Positions 1 to 12,603 of a stretch of 64,000 bases of DNA are shown piece by piece. The notes under the pieces are model-generated. The model was given only the letters and a program-made list of their open reading frames with translations, did not search any database and had not been told where the DNA came from. Source of the stretch: Epiperipatus broadwayi (taxonomy: Eukaryota; Animalia; Onychophora); contig JAQFVV010000010.1 in assembly GCA_028023455.1 (NCBI GenBank), positions 14,198,001 through 14,262,000 of the forward strand. The letters are read 5' to 3'. Numbering within the stretch: position 1 is the first letter of the stretch; each line of letters starts with the position of its first letter. The position numbers were made by a program, and so were the translations under genes.

Positions 1-155
1 TTTACTCATCCAATATCTCCAGATTAGTTTCTGGCTTGTGGACTTCGTCAGTCAGGAGCCTTGGATCTGAGAGCAATATGTATAGTGAGTTTTTCCTGTT
101 TTAAAACAGTTATACACAAGCATAAGAAGGGGTGGTCATATGATGTTTATTGGCT
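1..155. mobile_element. Family A copy, truncated by the window edge and internally deleted
   Basis: ctcatccaatatctccagattagtttctggcttgtgg... and tail ggtcatatgatgtttattggct match family A. Confidence 0.8.
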
Positions 156-1545
156 ATATATAATTCCAGGGATGCCTAAATGAGGTTCCAGTTGCAGAAT
201 TGTTAATAGTTTGTAGCTTTCTTTGCATTGATACGAGTGATTATTTATTTACATATTTGTTGTTTGATTATTGGGCTTTATTATTTTATAAGAAAAGTAT
301 ATTGCGTATGTGTTAGATATTTGACATTTTAAAGGTAAGTTTTCTAATATATATATATATACTGGATCTCAGAGAATTAGAATTGGATTTGTATTCTGAA
401 ATAATCCATTTTTGTTGTATTTTATTTCATTTTTTTTATTATCATTTGTTATTCTTCTTATCATCATCATTATCACCAACATTATTAAAATCTATCACAT
501 ATATATATATATATTTATGATTATTGTATATTATATATGTTAAGCAAATTAATATATTTTATTTTTATATTTTAACTTATATATAATTTAACGGATTTTT
601 TTTTTTTTTGTATTATGGCTATTCTATGAAATATTTTTTTTGTCTCCTACTTCAGAAACAGATTATCATATGGTATTAACAGAAATTTTTTTTAAAAATT
701 TAAATCATTTATACTATGATCTGTTATATTATATAGTAATATGAGTTTTGTATTAGTTATGAGGGGATTAGTTCTAGAATTTGTAGTGTCTTTCACTCTG
801 TCATAAAGGGCAGCATTGAGTGACATCAGCATAATCATCAAGAATATGACTAGTCTTGATTGATAATTACTGCAGAATTGATCCATGATTGACAGTCAAG
901 CGATAGATTTTTAGGAAAGTACTGAAAGAATTTGATATTGACAAAATAGTAAAATTCCAAAAGTTAAGGGAAGTTGATATTTAAATCATAGCATGCTAAA
1001 TTAAATGACCCTTGTGTGTAACATGAGAGTTGTTTTTAGAGTGAAGCAGAATTATTTCACTGATTGAAGAATGAATGGCTGATTCTAATCTATGTTGGCC
1101 AACACAAACAAAGCAGGTGATAGAACAAAGACATTATATGGTAATAATTTAGACTCCTGCAGATTCTATTGATAAGTTAATGAGGCCTACCTTTCCCATG
1201 AAAACCATGTTTAAGTTAACTATAAAATAGTTATTTTTTTAAATAAGTTTGTTCCTAAGTAAAGAATTTTACTAGTCATTTAATTCAATACTAGCTAGAA
1301 AAAGAATATACTGTTTGGTCATATGAGCTTATAATGTTTTAAATTTTTTTTTCAGAGCATCTTAAATGAAAGTTTCCAGTGTTTTTATGTTATGATAGAA
1401 ATTCCAGGTCTTATCATACAACAAATTTTACAGTTTTGGTTCTTTATAAAACTAATTTAATAGAAGTAGCTATATTGTTATGATGAAATGCCCTATGTTT
1501 ATCACTCAATTATAAAACAAATTAATCAGAATTTGTAATTTTTAA

Positions 1546-1710
<165 letters not shown>

Positions 1711-3236
1711 TAGTATCCTTTTATTATTATCATGAAACAATCAATCTATAGATTAAAAATCTGTCATAATTGTAACAATAATAAAAAATATATATACCTC
1801 TTTTGCTATTACTAATGATTGTTGTTCTACTGTAGGAATGAGTTTTTTCAGTGAGAATTTAAGCTAACATAGTTGATAATTTTTTTATGATTACACACAC
1901 AAATAACTGAATTTAAATATTGATAGCAATTTATTTTAATTCTTATTTAGATAAAAAAAAAAGATTATACACAATAAATATTGTAATTTTTAATATAAAA
2001 AACATATTTCAGCAACATTTTATTATCCTTCTTAGTGTAACATATATATATATATCTAGAACATTTACATACCTTTTTTTATTAAACAGTAATAAGGACT
2101 TTTCATCCTAACACATAAGCTGTACTGTTTTTTTTTTTTATAACATAACTATTATATATCTTTTTATATACAGCTATGAAAAAATAATATTAACTATACT
2201 GATAAGCTAAACGTAATAAAAGTTTTTGTCTATTTATAGTTTATATTATTTATCTTTAATATAGATTTGTATAAACATACATATTTTTTGAAATTACACA
2301 CACGCACGAATGTATATATATATATTCATGATATATACACACACCTACTTATAAATAAATATATTAATTATAATACAGTTGTGTATATACATCTCTTTAC
2401 ATATAAGGAATAAGTCCTGCACATGGGATTATATAATTTTCCATTCAATTAATGATCAATATTAGTTTAGTATAGAAATATTTTTGTATATTTTCATACT
2501 ACTTTCTTTATTATATTTAATGCAATTAGTTTTGTAGACTTTTTTTTATATATTTTTGTGAAATTAACTACTTAAATATAATTAAAAAAAAAATTATGAA
2601 GATATGCAAAACATCTTTACAATTAATAATTGTCATTTAGAGAAATGGAAAATTAAATAACCATTTGTATAGATTTATATAATCTTCTATATTCCTAGAA
2701 ATGTAGGTATATTTATTTTCATACAAATCAATATTAATGATAAATAATATAACTATAAATAAAAAAAATAAATTCTAAAATTGTGTAATAATGTTATTTT
2801 TTCATAATTGATATTAAAGGGGGGGGGGAGGAAGTTGTATTAAAAATGTAGATGTTTCTATGCATAATGTCTATAAATGATTTTTTAATGTCTATAAATG
2901 ATTTTCAATATTATATATGTTTTAATAAAGTACTGCTCAAAGAAACCTTTTTGTATTAAATAATGCACTATTTTTTGTTATATAAATCTTTGTTCAGTTT
3001 TATATATTTATTTATATGCAAAAAAAAAAACTTCCTATATTTATTTTAAAATAATCTGTCTGACTATCGTAGACCTTTTGCCCACTGCTGATGTCCATCT
3101 GCTGCCCATTTGCCAATCCATTCATCATTTGTCTGCTTGCCCCACCTACATGTTTATCATTTCATATATATATAAATCCAAAAATAAAAACATTTAGATA
3201 TTGAAAATACTTATTAATGCAACAAGAGAGAGGAAA

Positions 3237-3702
3237 CAGGCAAAACTCACTATACGTATTGCCACCCTCAGCAAACTAGAGTAATCAATGGATGCCAGAA
3301 GGCTTGTGCATAAAATCCCCATCTAGTGCCTACTCATCCAATATACCCAGACTAATTTCTGGCTTGTGGCTTTCGTCAGTGAGGAGCCTTGGATCTGGGA
3401 GCATTGCGCATAGATCTTACTATCTAATGCAACCCTCCAGCAGCCACCTTTTTTTATCTCCACTTAACTACTAAACTATGAGTTTTAAACTGAAAACACC
3501 TTAATGTTTGCATTAGATCCTATGATCTATGTGCAGTGCTTTCAGATCCAAGGCGCCTCACTGACGAAGGCCACAAGCCAGAAACTAGTCTGGGGATATT
3601 GGATGAGTAGGCACTAGATGGGAATTTTATGCACAAGCCTTTTGGTATCTATTGATTACTACCCAAGCATAAGAAGTGGTGGTCATGTGATGTTTATTGG
3701 CT
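3237..3702. mobile_element. Palindromic repeat family A (about 150-bp inverted arms plus asymmetric tail) carrying hammerhead motifs
   Basis: Arms start ggcaaaactc..cata and end ...gagttttgcc in full copies; shared tail atggtgatcatgtgatgttt; homologous to copies at 1, 8.1k, 32.4k, 39.2k and 62.9k. Confidence 0.85.
3556..3595 (+). ncRNA. Minimal type I hammerhead ribozyme-like motif
   Basis: Stem I cctca/tgggg, CUGACGA core, stem II GGC/GCC, GAAAC-UA-GUC cleavage triplet with palindromic ACUAGU stem III; an extra A flanks each side of stem II (non-canonical). Confidence 0.55.
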
Positions 3703-5374
3703 TAAAAGAGAGGAAACTAAATTATATGCTTCTAAATTTTCCGTCAAATGGATCTTTTAATGTAATGCTTAACACATTTGCCTGCTATATCAATAACATT
3801 GTGTTCAAATCCATGAAGTGCGAATTATCAAACAGGATTTTTAAAAATTATTTGATAGTTATTTAAAATGATTTGCCATATAGGTGTTTAATTATTCTTA
3901 GCTTTGAGAATTGAAAAGCTCTCCATTACTTTTCTACCAGTAGCAGGAAAACATTATAATCAAGGTAAATGATAGTTATTGGCAATTTTTCAGCCTTCTC
4001 TCATTATGACTATTCTTTTCTGCTGATTTCTTTAAACTGTAAAATCATTCAGGAGAAATACTATTTTTGTAATAGATATTTGGTTATTATGTATAAATAT
4101 ATTAAATATGCAACTTTGAACGATCCGCATTCTTTGTTTTTGAGCTGTTGATAAGACAAATTATTGAAGTTACACAAACTTAATCTTTGTATTGCTTTTT
4201 ATTGGTATACTCTAGTAATAGAGTGTTGGACCCTGGAATTCAAGATCCATAGATTGCAGCCAGGACTATTTTTTCATTTCCCACGCTTGAACTTCCATAA
4301 AAATTTCCTAAGCAGTAAACCATTGGATTATTTAAAAAAAAAATTTTTTTTAAACCTTTGTACTTTTCCACATATGTTGAATATTCCACATTATTTAAAA
4401 CGATTTTAGTAGTTTATCTTACACTGACTTCAGATGAATTCCACTCAGAAAAAATAACATAATTATATACTTAATATGTTAAATCTAGATACAACAATCT
4501 TTATTAGCCCATTGCAGAAAGGCATTGATCTTCAAATTCTCTAATTGCTGGTTGTGAGAGTTTTTCTATCTTTATTTTGCCTTCTAAATAAAAATAGCTG
4601 GATGCTCATTTACCAACCAATAAAGTTTTCAACTTTTAGATGCCTTGGATTTGAACCCATTTTGTAAGTGGATGTATTATGAAGCCTTGCTTATTTTACG
4701 CATACTATCATATAATTATGATTATGTTATCTTTCATTTTGTACATTGGATGTAGGCGAATAGTACAGTTGTAACATTTCACTGTACAATAATAAAAAAT
4801 TAAATTTTTAAGAGTAAAGAAGAGTGGAGCCCATTTGAGAGATATAATAAAAGAATATGCTTAAGGCAAAGAGATAGTGAGGTTGAGGTTTATGATCTTA
4901 TCTAAAATTATTTTTAGCAGTTAGCTATTTTTATAAATTATAGTTCGATGGGGAGGGGGATACAGCTATTGAATTTTATTGAAAAGATATCTTAAATTAT
5001 TATTAAATAGCATTCAGTTACACATTTTTTAAAAGACCGAAAATGTAGATTTTTTTTAAAAAATTATTATAATATATATATAAAGCATTTATGTTTTCTT
5101 GAAAATTTATTTTAATCTAGATATTACATCTCCATATTCAGCTCTAAGCTCTATATTATTCTCACTAGAAATTGATTGTGAATTTTCAATATTATAAACG
5201 CTACTTACCCCCCCCCCCCATCTCCCTTAAAAAAATTGCAAACTAGATTAATTAAAAAAAAAAAAATACAAATATAAAAAATGTTATGGTATAGAGTGTA
5301 GTTTTTTTTTTTTAGATATGTAAAAACTTGTTAAAATTACTATTATTTTTAACATAAATAATTTTTTTTTGTAG

Positions 5375-5462
5375 AAATGTCTGCCAAAGAAGGTTTGTTG
5401 CTATGGTGTCAAAGAAAAACTGCCCCTTACAAAAATGTCAACGTACAAAACTTTCATCTCAG
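5375..5462 (+). CDS. Actn: Actn exon (CH2 start): (E)[28 protein letters not shown](S)
   Basis: tttgtag| acceptor, AG|gtttga donor, 88 nt, phase 1-2. Confidence 0.97.
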
Positions 5463-6609
5463 GTTTGAAACCTTTTTAAAAATCTTAATAATTTTTTTTT
5501 TTCCTTGATTAACTTTAAGTAATTAAAGAAATTATTTTCTACTATTTTAAATATGAACGATTTGATTTTAAAAGTGTACTATTTATATACTTTTTATATA
5601 TGAAGAGAAAAGGAAAAGATGCTCATTATCAAAGGATCTGGCATTAAATAAATTTTTAGGAAATAAAGTTATTAATACTTTTGATAGATGTTGTCCAGAG
5701 TTGTTTTATTACTATTATAAAGTAATTTTTAATATTTCTGACTAACATCATTCTTCAATAGATAGATTCTAGCATTGATTAAAGTTTTGAATCTGTTTAA
5801 TCTTCCAAGAGACTTTACACTTCACAAGTTTAGTATAGTTTAATCAGTTGGAATCGTAGTGTATGCTTACATCGATGTGATAGCGCAAACTTGTTCAAAC
5901 TTAGTAAAATCACATTCCTTAAGGTATATGTCTGAGTAGTAAGAAGTCATCCTTCTTGTTAGAGATTATAATTTTCAAAGAATAGAGATCTGTCTCTGGA
6001 AATTCCTGATTCTTGTTTCACATGTGTATGGTTAAGTAAGTATATAAAAGTTATTATCAAGTGACTTTTGTTTGCTAAAGTAGATTTTTAAAATGAAATG
6101 AACCTATTAATTTGCTACAGTCAAAAATTAGAAGTTTATAACTTACAATAGATAGATTTTGAAAGAGTAACTTTGCCTTTCTTTAAAAAAAGTGGTAGAT
6201 TTTTGTGTTCAAATTATTATTTAAAAGTTTATTTAAAAAAAAAAAAAGGAATGCGTTATTTTTATGCTGTAACATATCTGTATATTATAAGTCTATCATA
6301 AATCTTGAAATTATTTCAAAGTACTAAATTCTGTAAAATAAATCTCATTATTTATGTATTATCACAATAATATTCTTTATTAAAAGTCACAAACAGAAGA
6401 TAGCATGGTAACATTCTTTTTTCTTCTTCTCAGTGATGAAAGTTTATTCATCAAAAAAATGTACAAATATAGTTATAAAGTTTACAAAGGATGGTAAAAA
6501 TGAAATTCAGGAGTAACATGGTGAAAGGGAAAGGTTACATATGAAAAGGGAAAGGGATGTGGAAAGGGTGTGTATTAACCATTGAAGACAAATAAATGTT
6601 ACAATTATG

Positions 6610-7620
6610 AATTATTTTAAAGTCTAAAGTTTAAATGAGTAGCATTTTAGGAGCACAATATTGAGTTCAATTTGCGATGGATAAGTTGATAATAGGAAAA
6701 GACTTGGAGATAACAAGATTGGAAATAATAAATTTAAATAGGGTGAATCACTTGCAATTAGAATCATTAGGCCAAACTGCGGTTTATTTTGCAATAATAT
6801 TTGGATAGAATTGTTTATAATAAGAATGCTAAAACCCCTATGAATAGTGGGTTTTTTTTCCTTTTTGTGAATGAGCAAATCAACGTTGGCAACAGTCCAC
6901 ACAACACCCTCATCCCAGTCCTCCCCCTCAAAAGAACCAGGCCCCTCCCAACAACCAGACTCTCATTCAATGTTGATTGTAATGTAAATTTTAATTAAAA
7001 GGTACAATTAGGAATTATTTGTAAAGTCTAGGATTAAATGTGTGTTTTAGGAGTGCAATATTGGGAAATCCAATTTGAGATAGATAAGTTGAGAAATAGG
7101 AAAACACTTGGAGATAATGTAAAATACAAATTAAATCAATCTAACTGTTCAGTTCTTCCAAATGGCCTTGAATATCTTAGAGAAATCCTGAATACTTTGG
7201 AAAAATTATGGAGAAACTATGGAGAACAAGGGAAAAAAAATACAAGCTTCAAAATGTCTCTGCTGAAAACCATTTCAATCCATCATGAAAATCACATGAA
7301 TAGTAGAAGGCCAGCCTTGTCAATAACAACATTGGAGGTAATAAAATTAAATAAGGTAAATCACTTGCAATTAGAATCATGAGACCAAACTGCAACTTAT
7401 TTTGCAATAATACATGGATAAAAGCATTCATTATGATAACGTTAAAGAATTATCTTAAATAACGTTATTTTTTCTATCTTGTGAATGAGAAAAAACCAAA
7501 GTCGGTAACGATCATCACAGCACTCTTACCCCCAGCCCCCTCCCTCAAAAGAACTGGGATTTAGGCCCCTGGGGGTCCCTCCAACAATCGGACTCTCTCA
7601 TTCATTCAACAAAATTAAGT
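6610..7620. repeat. Two diverged tandem copies (about 6610-6990 and 7030-7620) of an unclassified repeat; the second has an insertion
   Basis: Shared blocks ttttaggag.caata, gataagttga.aatagga, aatcacttgcaattagaatca, ccccctcaaaagaac, actctc..attca. Confidence 0.65.
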
Positions 7621-7882
7621 GAAATGAAAATTTTCATTAAAAGGTAAAATCTCTGTAGAAATCTTTTGTAATTTCCGTGGCTGCCATATATTTATATAGC
7701 GTTTTTATGAAAGTTGAAATTATTCTTACTTGTGATTACATTGTTGATAAAGGTTGCATATGAAAAGAGAGCAAAGAAAACTCCCCTTTTTAATAGTGAT
7801 AGTTTTAGCGAAGTTTACTTCCCTAAACTAGGAAAAAGGAAACGAAACAGGGAGTCAGAAACAGTGTTAACTGGAGTCCTTG

Positions 7883-7896
7883 GCTCCCTCTAGTGG
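7883..7896 (-). promoter_or_regulatory. Possible CTCF-like site
   Basis: Minus strand CCACTAGAGGGAGC resembles the CTCF consensus CCACYAGRGGGCGC; motif match only. Confidence 0.25.
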
Positions 7897-8100
7897 ACTT
7901 AGGCATTCTTTTTATTACAAATTCATATTATTGTAGACATATGTATGCAGCACTAGTTTTAGACTTTTAGCTTACAGTTTTTTTCTATTATCACTCTTCT
8001 CCAAAATCCATCTGTAGTAAGCATGAGTAATCATTGGACATTATTCATCTACTTTGCATGAAACAAATAAATATTGCTTCTGGATGTGGGTAGTCAGTCC

Positions 8101-8160
8101 AATGCACCTCACTGACGAATGTCAATAGTTAGAACTAATCTGAGGATTTGGTTGGTATAC
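8101..8160 (+). mobile_element. Family A degenerate fragment
   Basis: gcacctcactgacgaa...agaactaatctgagg matches the family A core. Confidence 0.6.
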
Positions 8161-9095
8161 CTTGTGATATCTGTTGATTATTCATGTGCACAATGGTTGG
8201 CTTTTCAAATTAATCATCTGTTATTCATTCACTATCCATAAAGTAAATTCCAGTTTTAAGGCATTAGGGCCTTTTTTTTTTTTGTTCATCATATTTACTT
8301 ACAAAAATATTGATTGTTTCCTTACATTTCTATTATATACTAAACTTTTTATTTAGTGAACTTTCAATTTTTGAAGAGCTGACATTTTGAGTAGGAGTAA
8401 ATGAATGAACAAGATTATGTGAATCAAATTGGAAACTTATTTCTCCAAGAACTATGTTTTCACAATATTTGAATACCTATGGCTCTACCAAATTCTAATT
8501 ATATATGTTAAATTAAATAATTTTATTCTATTTATGCATCTACTATCTATAAAAAATAACTGTACTACATGGACTTTTTAAAACTAATTTGTACATTATA
8601 TTTTTTACTTTCTTAATTAGCCAACTATTGAATTTTGAATGGCTGATTAATGTTTATTCTTCAGAGTACATATTCATTTATAAAGTCGTGATTATTTTCC
8701 ATAGTTTGAATCCTAATTGTGTGGTCAACTGATCTGTATTTATTCAATTATTTAACTGTTTATCATTAATTATTCAACAACATATTATTCTCCGTAATGT
8801 GTGATGGCAGCCATTTTCTTTCCCTTACAAATGCATAGGATTATAGCTATATAAGCAGTACAAATTTTCAGTGAAAAATAAAATCACGTGAAATTGATAA
8901 TTAAGGATGTTTATCAATGTTATTTTAGATTAGATATTATTTTTGATCCTTTCTTTTATTTAATTATGAAATATTTTATCGATTTTATAAAAGCAGTTTG
9001 GGCTTTTTAAGTATATATTTCAATTAATTATTTTAGCTTTTAGAATTCATAAGTAAATAATCTTACATTTATTATTATTATTTTTTACTGTTTAG

Positions 9096-9174
9096 TTTCA
9101 AGGATGGTCTTGCATTCTGCGCTTTGATTCACAGGCACAGACCCGAACTTATTGATTACAATAGGCTCTCAAAG
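9096..9174 (+). CDS. Actn: Actn exon (CH2): (S)[26 protein letters not shown]
   Basis: tgtttag| acceptor, AAG|gtaaat donor, 79 nt, phase 2-0. Confidence 0.97.
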
Positions 9175-12100
9175 GTAAATTCAAAGTATTACAGAATTAG
9201 TTTTTAAGTTCAATTATATACATTTAAACCCATTTACTATGAATAAATATATTCATTGTGTGAATGACCTTTTGAGTCTCTAATAGATTGTCTGAGAACT
9301 ACAGTTTCATGCTGTTGTTCAGTCTAAGGTTTTCTATTCTTTCCTCTTTGGAATTAATCCATGAATTTTTAGATTTTGAGTCCAGCATTTTTTCATAGGA
9401 GTAACTGAAGGGTTGATAAAGCTCAACATTTTTATCTTCAAAAAAATAATTATTTATCAATATACAGTAATCAGTTAACTTGATATTAACATTATTTCAC
9501 ACTTGGAGAAAACATTAAAAATACATATTTTCAATGCTAAGCTCTTTCTCTCTTTTTTAATATAATGGTTGTCTTTGCACTAAGTGCATTAAGGTTTTAT
9601 TTAATATTTTGTCTTGTATATACGAAACAGTGTTACTATTTCCTTTAATTACTTACATTTCAATGATGGTATTAGCAGTGATAAACATTTTAAGTGCAGA
9701 AATTGTACCAAAGGATAGAGCTTTCACAACTAAAGCAAATCTGACCACCATCTTTAATACTTTAGCAAGCCATATGAAGATTATGGGAATGAAAAATGAT
9801 AAGCATCTATAGACTTTTTTTGATTGCATAATACAAAAATAGTGAGTTAGTAATCCAGAAGGGAGGGGGAATAATCATCAGTTGTATATTTTGTATTTAA
9901 TTATAGTCTACATAATTCCCAAATTGGCCTTTTTATTTCTTCTATTTTTATCATTGTTTTTGAGATTATAATGACTTCCACTTTTTTATAGTACTCTTAC
10001 ATCTAGTAATTTCACATCTTTAAGTATTCAATTATTATATAATCCAATTGCTTTTTTCTAATTTTCTCATTTATTTGTTCTATGTATTATTAATAATATG
10101 ATCATATTTAATTTTCTTTTATTACTAAACGTTCTCATATACTAATAAATTCCTTATCAAACTCATTTATTTCAGATAATTTTGTTATTTAAAAATATTT
10201 TATTATGCTCTCTTTAGAAGTGCCCATTTGATCATTACAATAATTATTGTTCATCCTTTGTTGTTTTCTTACATTTTGTTTTAAAATTTGTATAAATTCA
10301 CACACAAATACTATTATAAAGTTAAAAATATCATTAATAGCTGCCATTTAAATTTATACAGATAAGTATCAAGTTGGTATATCTTGGATCTTTATACATT
10401 CATTAAACCTTCTAGGGCATGCTTTTTTAAAATTAAATTTTGAAAAAGAAAACAAAAAGCAACATTTGCATTTCTTTGTAATATTGCTGTATAATTTGCT
10501 TTGATTTTTAGTGTATCATTATCCCCATTATGGATAAAATCATCATATCATTACATTTGCTTAACATTGGGGATATTTTTTATCGAGTAAATTGAAGCTG
10601 ATCATATGATATGAAATATTTTGTTTCACGTATAACTGTCTAGCAAACAAAATGTTATGTGAAGTTATATTATTTAAATGCTTCCAGTTTTAAAGTTGAA
10701 GTAAGTTATTTTTCCACTTTTTTTTGAGATATTCTATTAGATTCTTTTCTCAATATTTAATAGGTGTATTGTCTTGTGTTTTAACAGCAAAGATTTTTGT
10801 TGTGAAAGTAAAAATTGGAAGTTCATCGTAATATTTTGAATAATGAAGTACTACCAATGTTGTGAGAATACTTAAAAATAAGAACTTGGTGATGTTCAAC
10901 AGTTTGTGCTCTTTCCAAGATCATTGTCCGTGATATTAATATCATGTTTGGATTGATTTTCTTAAAAGCTTGATTTAAGTTGATAAAAGCATTCTTGATG
11001 TGAGTTGGAATATAGAATTAAGAATTTGAAAGATTTTGGTTCAACTCATAGATGGCAGTAGTATTAGAAGAATTTCTCACTGCTGTTGCTAAAAACTTAG
11101 TAGGAAATATGCCTTGAATTATAAAGTTCAAAAGATGACCATTCTGGTCTTAATATATTTTAATAAATAATAGTTATAGTTTATGATCCAATCGTCCAGT
11201 GAATTTTAACGATATGGTTTATATATTTGAAATTTCACATGCATTGTTGGTAGAGAGGATAATTAGACATTACTTTTATAAGCTAATTTTTGATTTTGTT
11301 TTTTGAAAATATTAATTATGCTTAAAGCTTTTCTAAATATTATATTAGTATAATCAAATTTATCTTAAAGCAATGTTTGGGAGATTTTGTTGTCTTGGGA
11401 TAGAATGAGAAAGATTAGGTTTATCATATTTCCTGAAAAATGAGAACTTCCGGAATGATCAGTATTAGCTATATGTGAATAATTTTGAAATAAAAATCGT
11501 AATTTACAAGTGATAAGCTCTGATATAAATACGAAGAATAATTAAATATGTTGATTGATTGTAACTAACAGAATAAATTAATGCTTTTTTTTAAAAAAAA
11601 AGGAAATTGTTTGGAAATGAAAATGAAATCGAGAATTGCAGTAGCTAAATGGAGATTATTTTATATGCAGTTAAATATGAAATGAAGAAGAAACATATTA
11701 ATTATTTTATGTTTGGAGATTAGAATCTTTTAATGTAAGGGAAAAGGAAAAAATAACTTTGAGATATTTTATATGAGAAAGCAAAAGGAATATTGGAGTT
11801 ATCTTTTGCATGGAATTGATCATAAATGCTCAAATGATGAATGAAATAGATGCAAATAAGATATTTAATAAAAAAAAATAGAAAAAACAATAAAAAATGA
11901 ATTTGGTACTATTTAGAGATTTGTAATCAGTGATAGAGAAAATAAAAGATATAGGAAAGAGAAGAGAAAAGTTATACATATGTGAAGTATTAGAATAAGA
12001 GATAAGAAATCTGCAGAAAGATAGTCTGGATAAATAAGTAGTACTCATTATTTTTTTGAACAATCATTTCGCATTATCGCTATGAATATGAGGCAAATGG

Positions 12101-12521
12101 CCTCGAAAGCGCTAGCGTTTAATATTTTTTGCACTCTGTATAACTTCTGTTTCAAGCACTTCACACACTTTTAATTTTATATATTGAACAATCAATGTAA
12201 TTTATTTTTGAAAGGAGAAGTATAATACAAATTATAATTTTCTAAAAATATTTATATGTAATTTATACTACTCCTTTTTTAAAATTGATTTATTCTGAAC
12301 TAATTTATTATGATTAAGTTTTTGTACATATTAGAGTCACATACAATTATTTATTATAGTCTTTTGTCAGGACACAAACTGCCACAGTTATATGTTGATA
12401 TAAAGTATACAAAAATTTATTCATATTAAATTAGTTCAATAATAGACAAGTTTAAGAAAAAAAAGAAGTGATGTATTTGAAGAGAAATTTTTTTTTAACT
12501 AAACAATTTTTATATTTTAAG

Positions 12522-12603
12522 GATAATCCTTTTGAGAATTTGAACACAGCCTTTGAAGTGGCAGAAAAATATTTAGATATCCCCAAGATGTTAGACGCTG
12601 AAG
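12522..12603 (+). CDS. Actn: Actn exon (CH2): [27 protein letters not shown](D/E)
   Basis: ttttaag| acceptor, G|gtgagt donor, 82 nt, phase 0-1. Confidence 0.97.
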
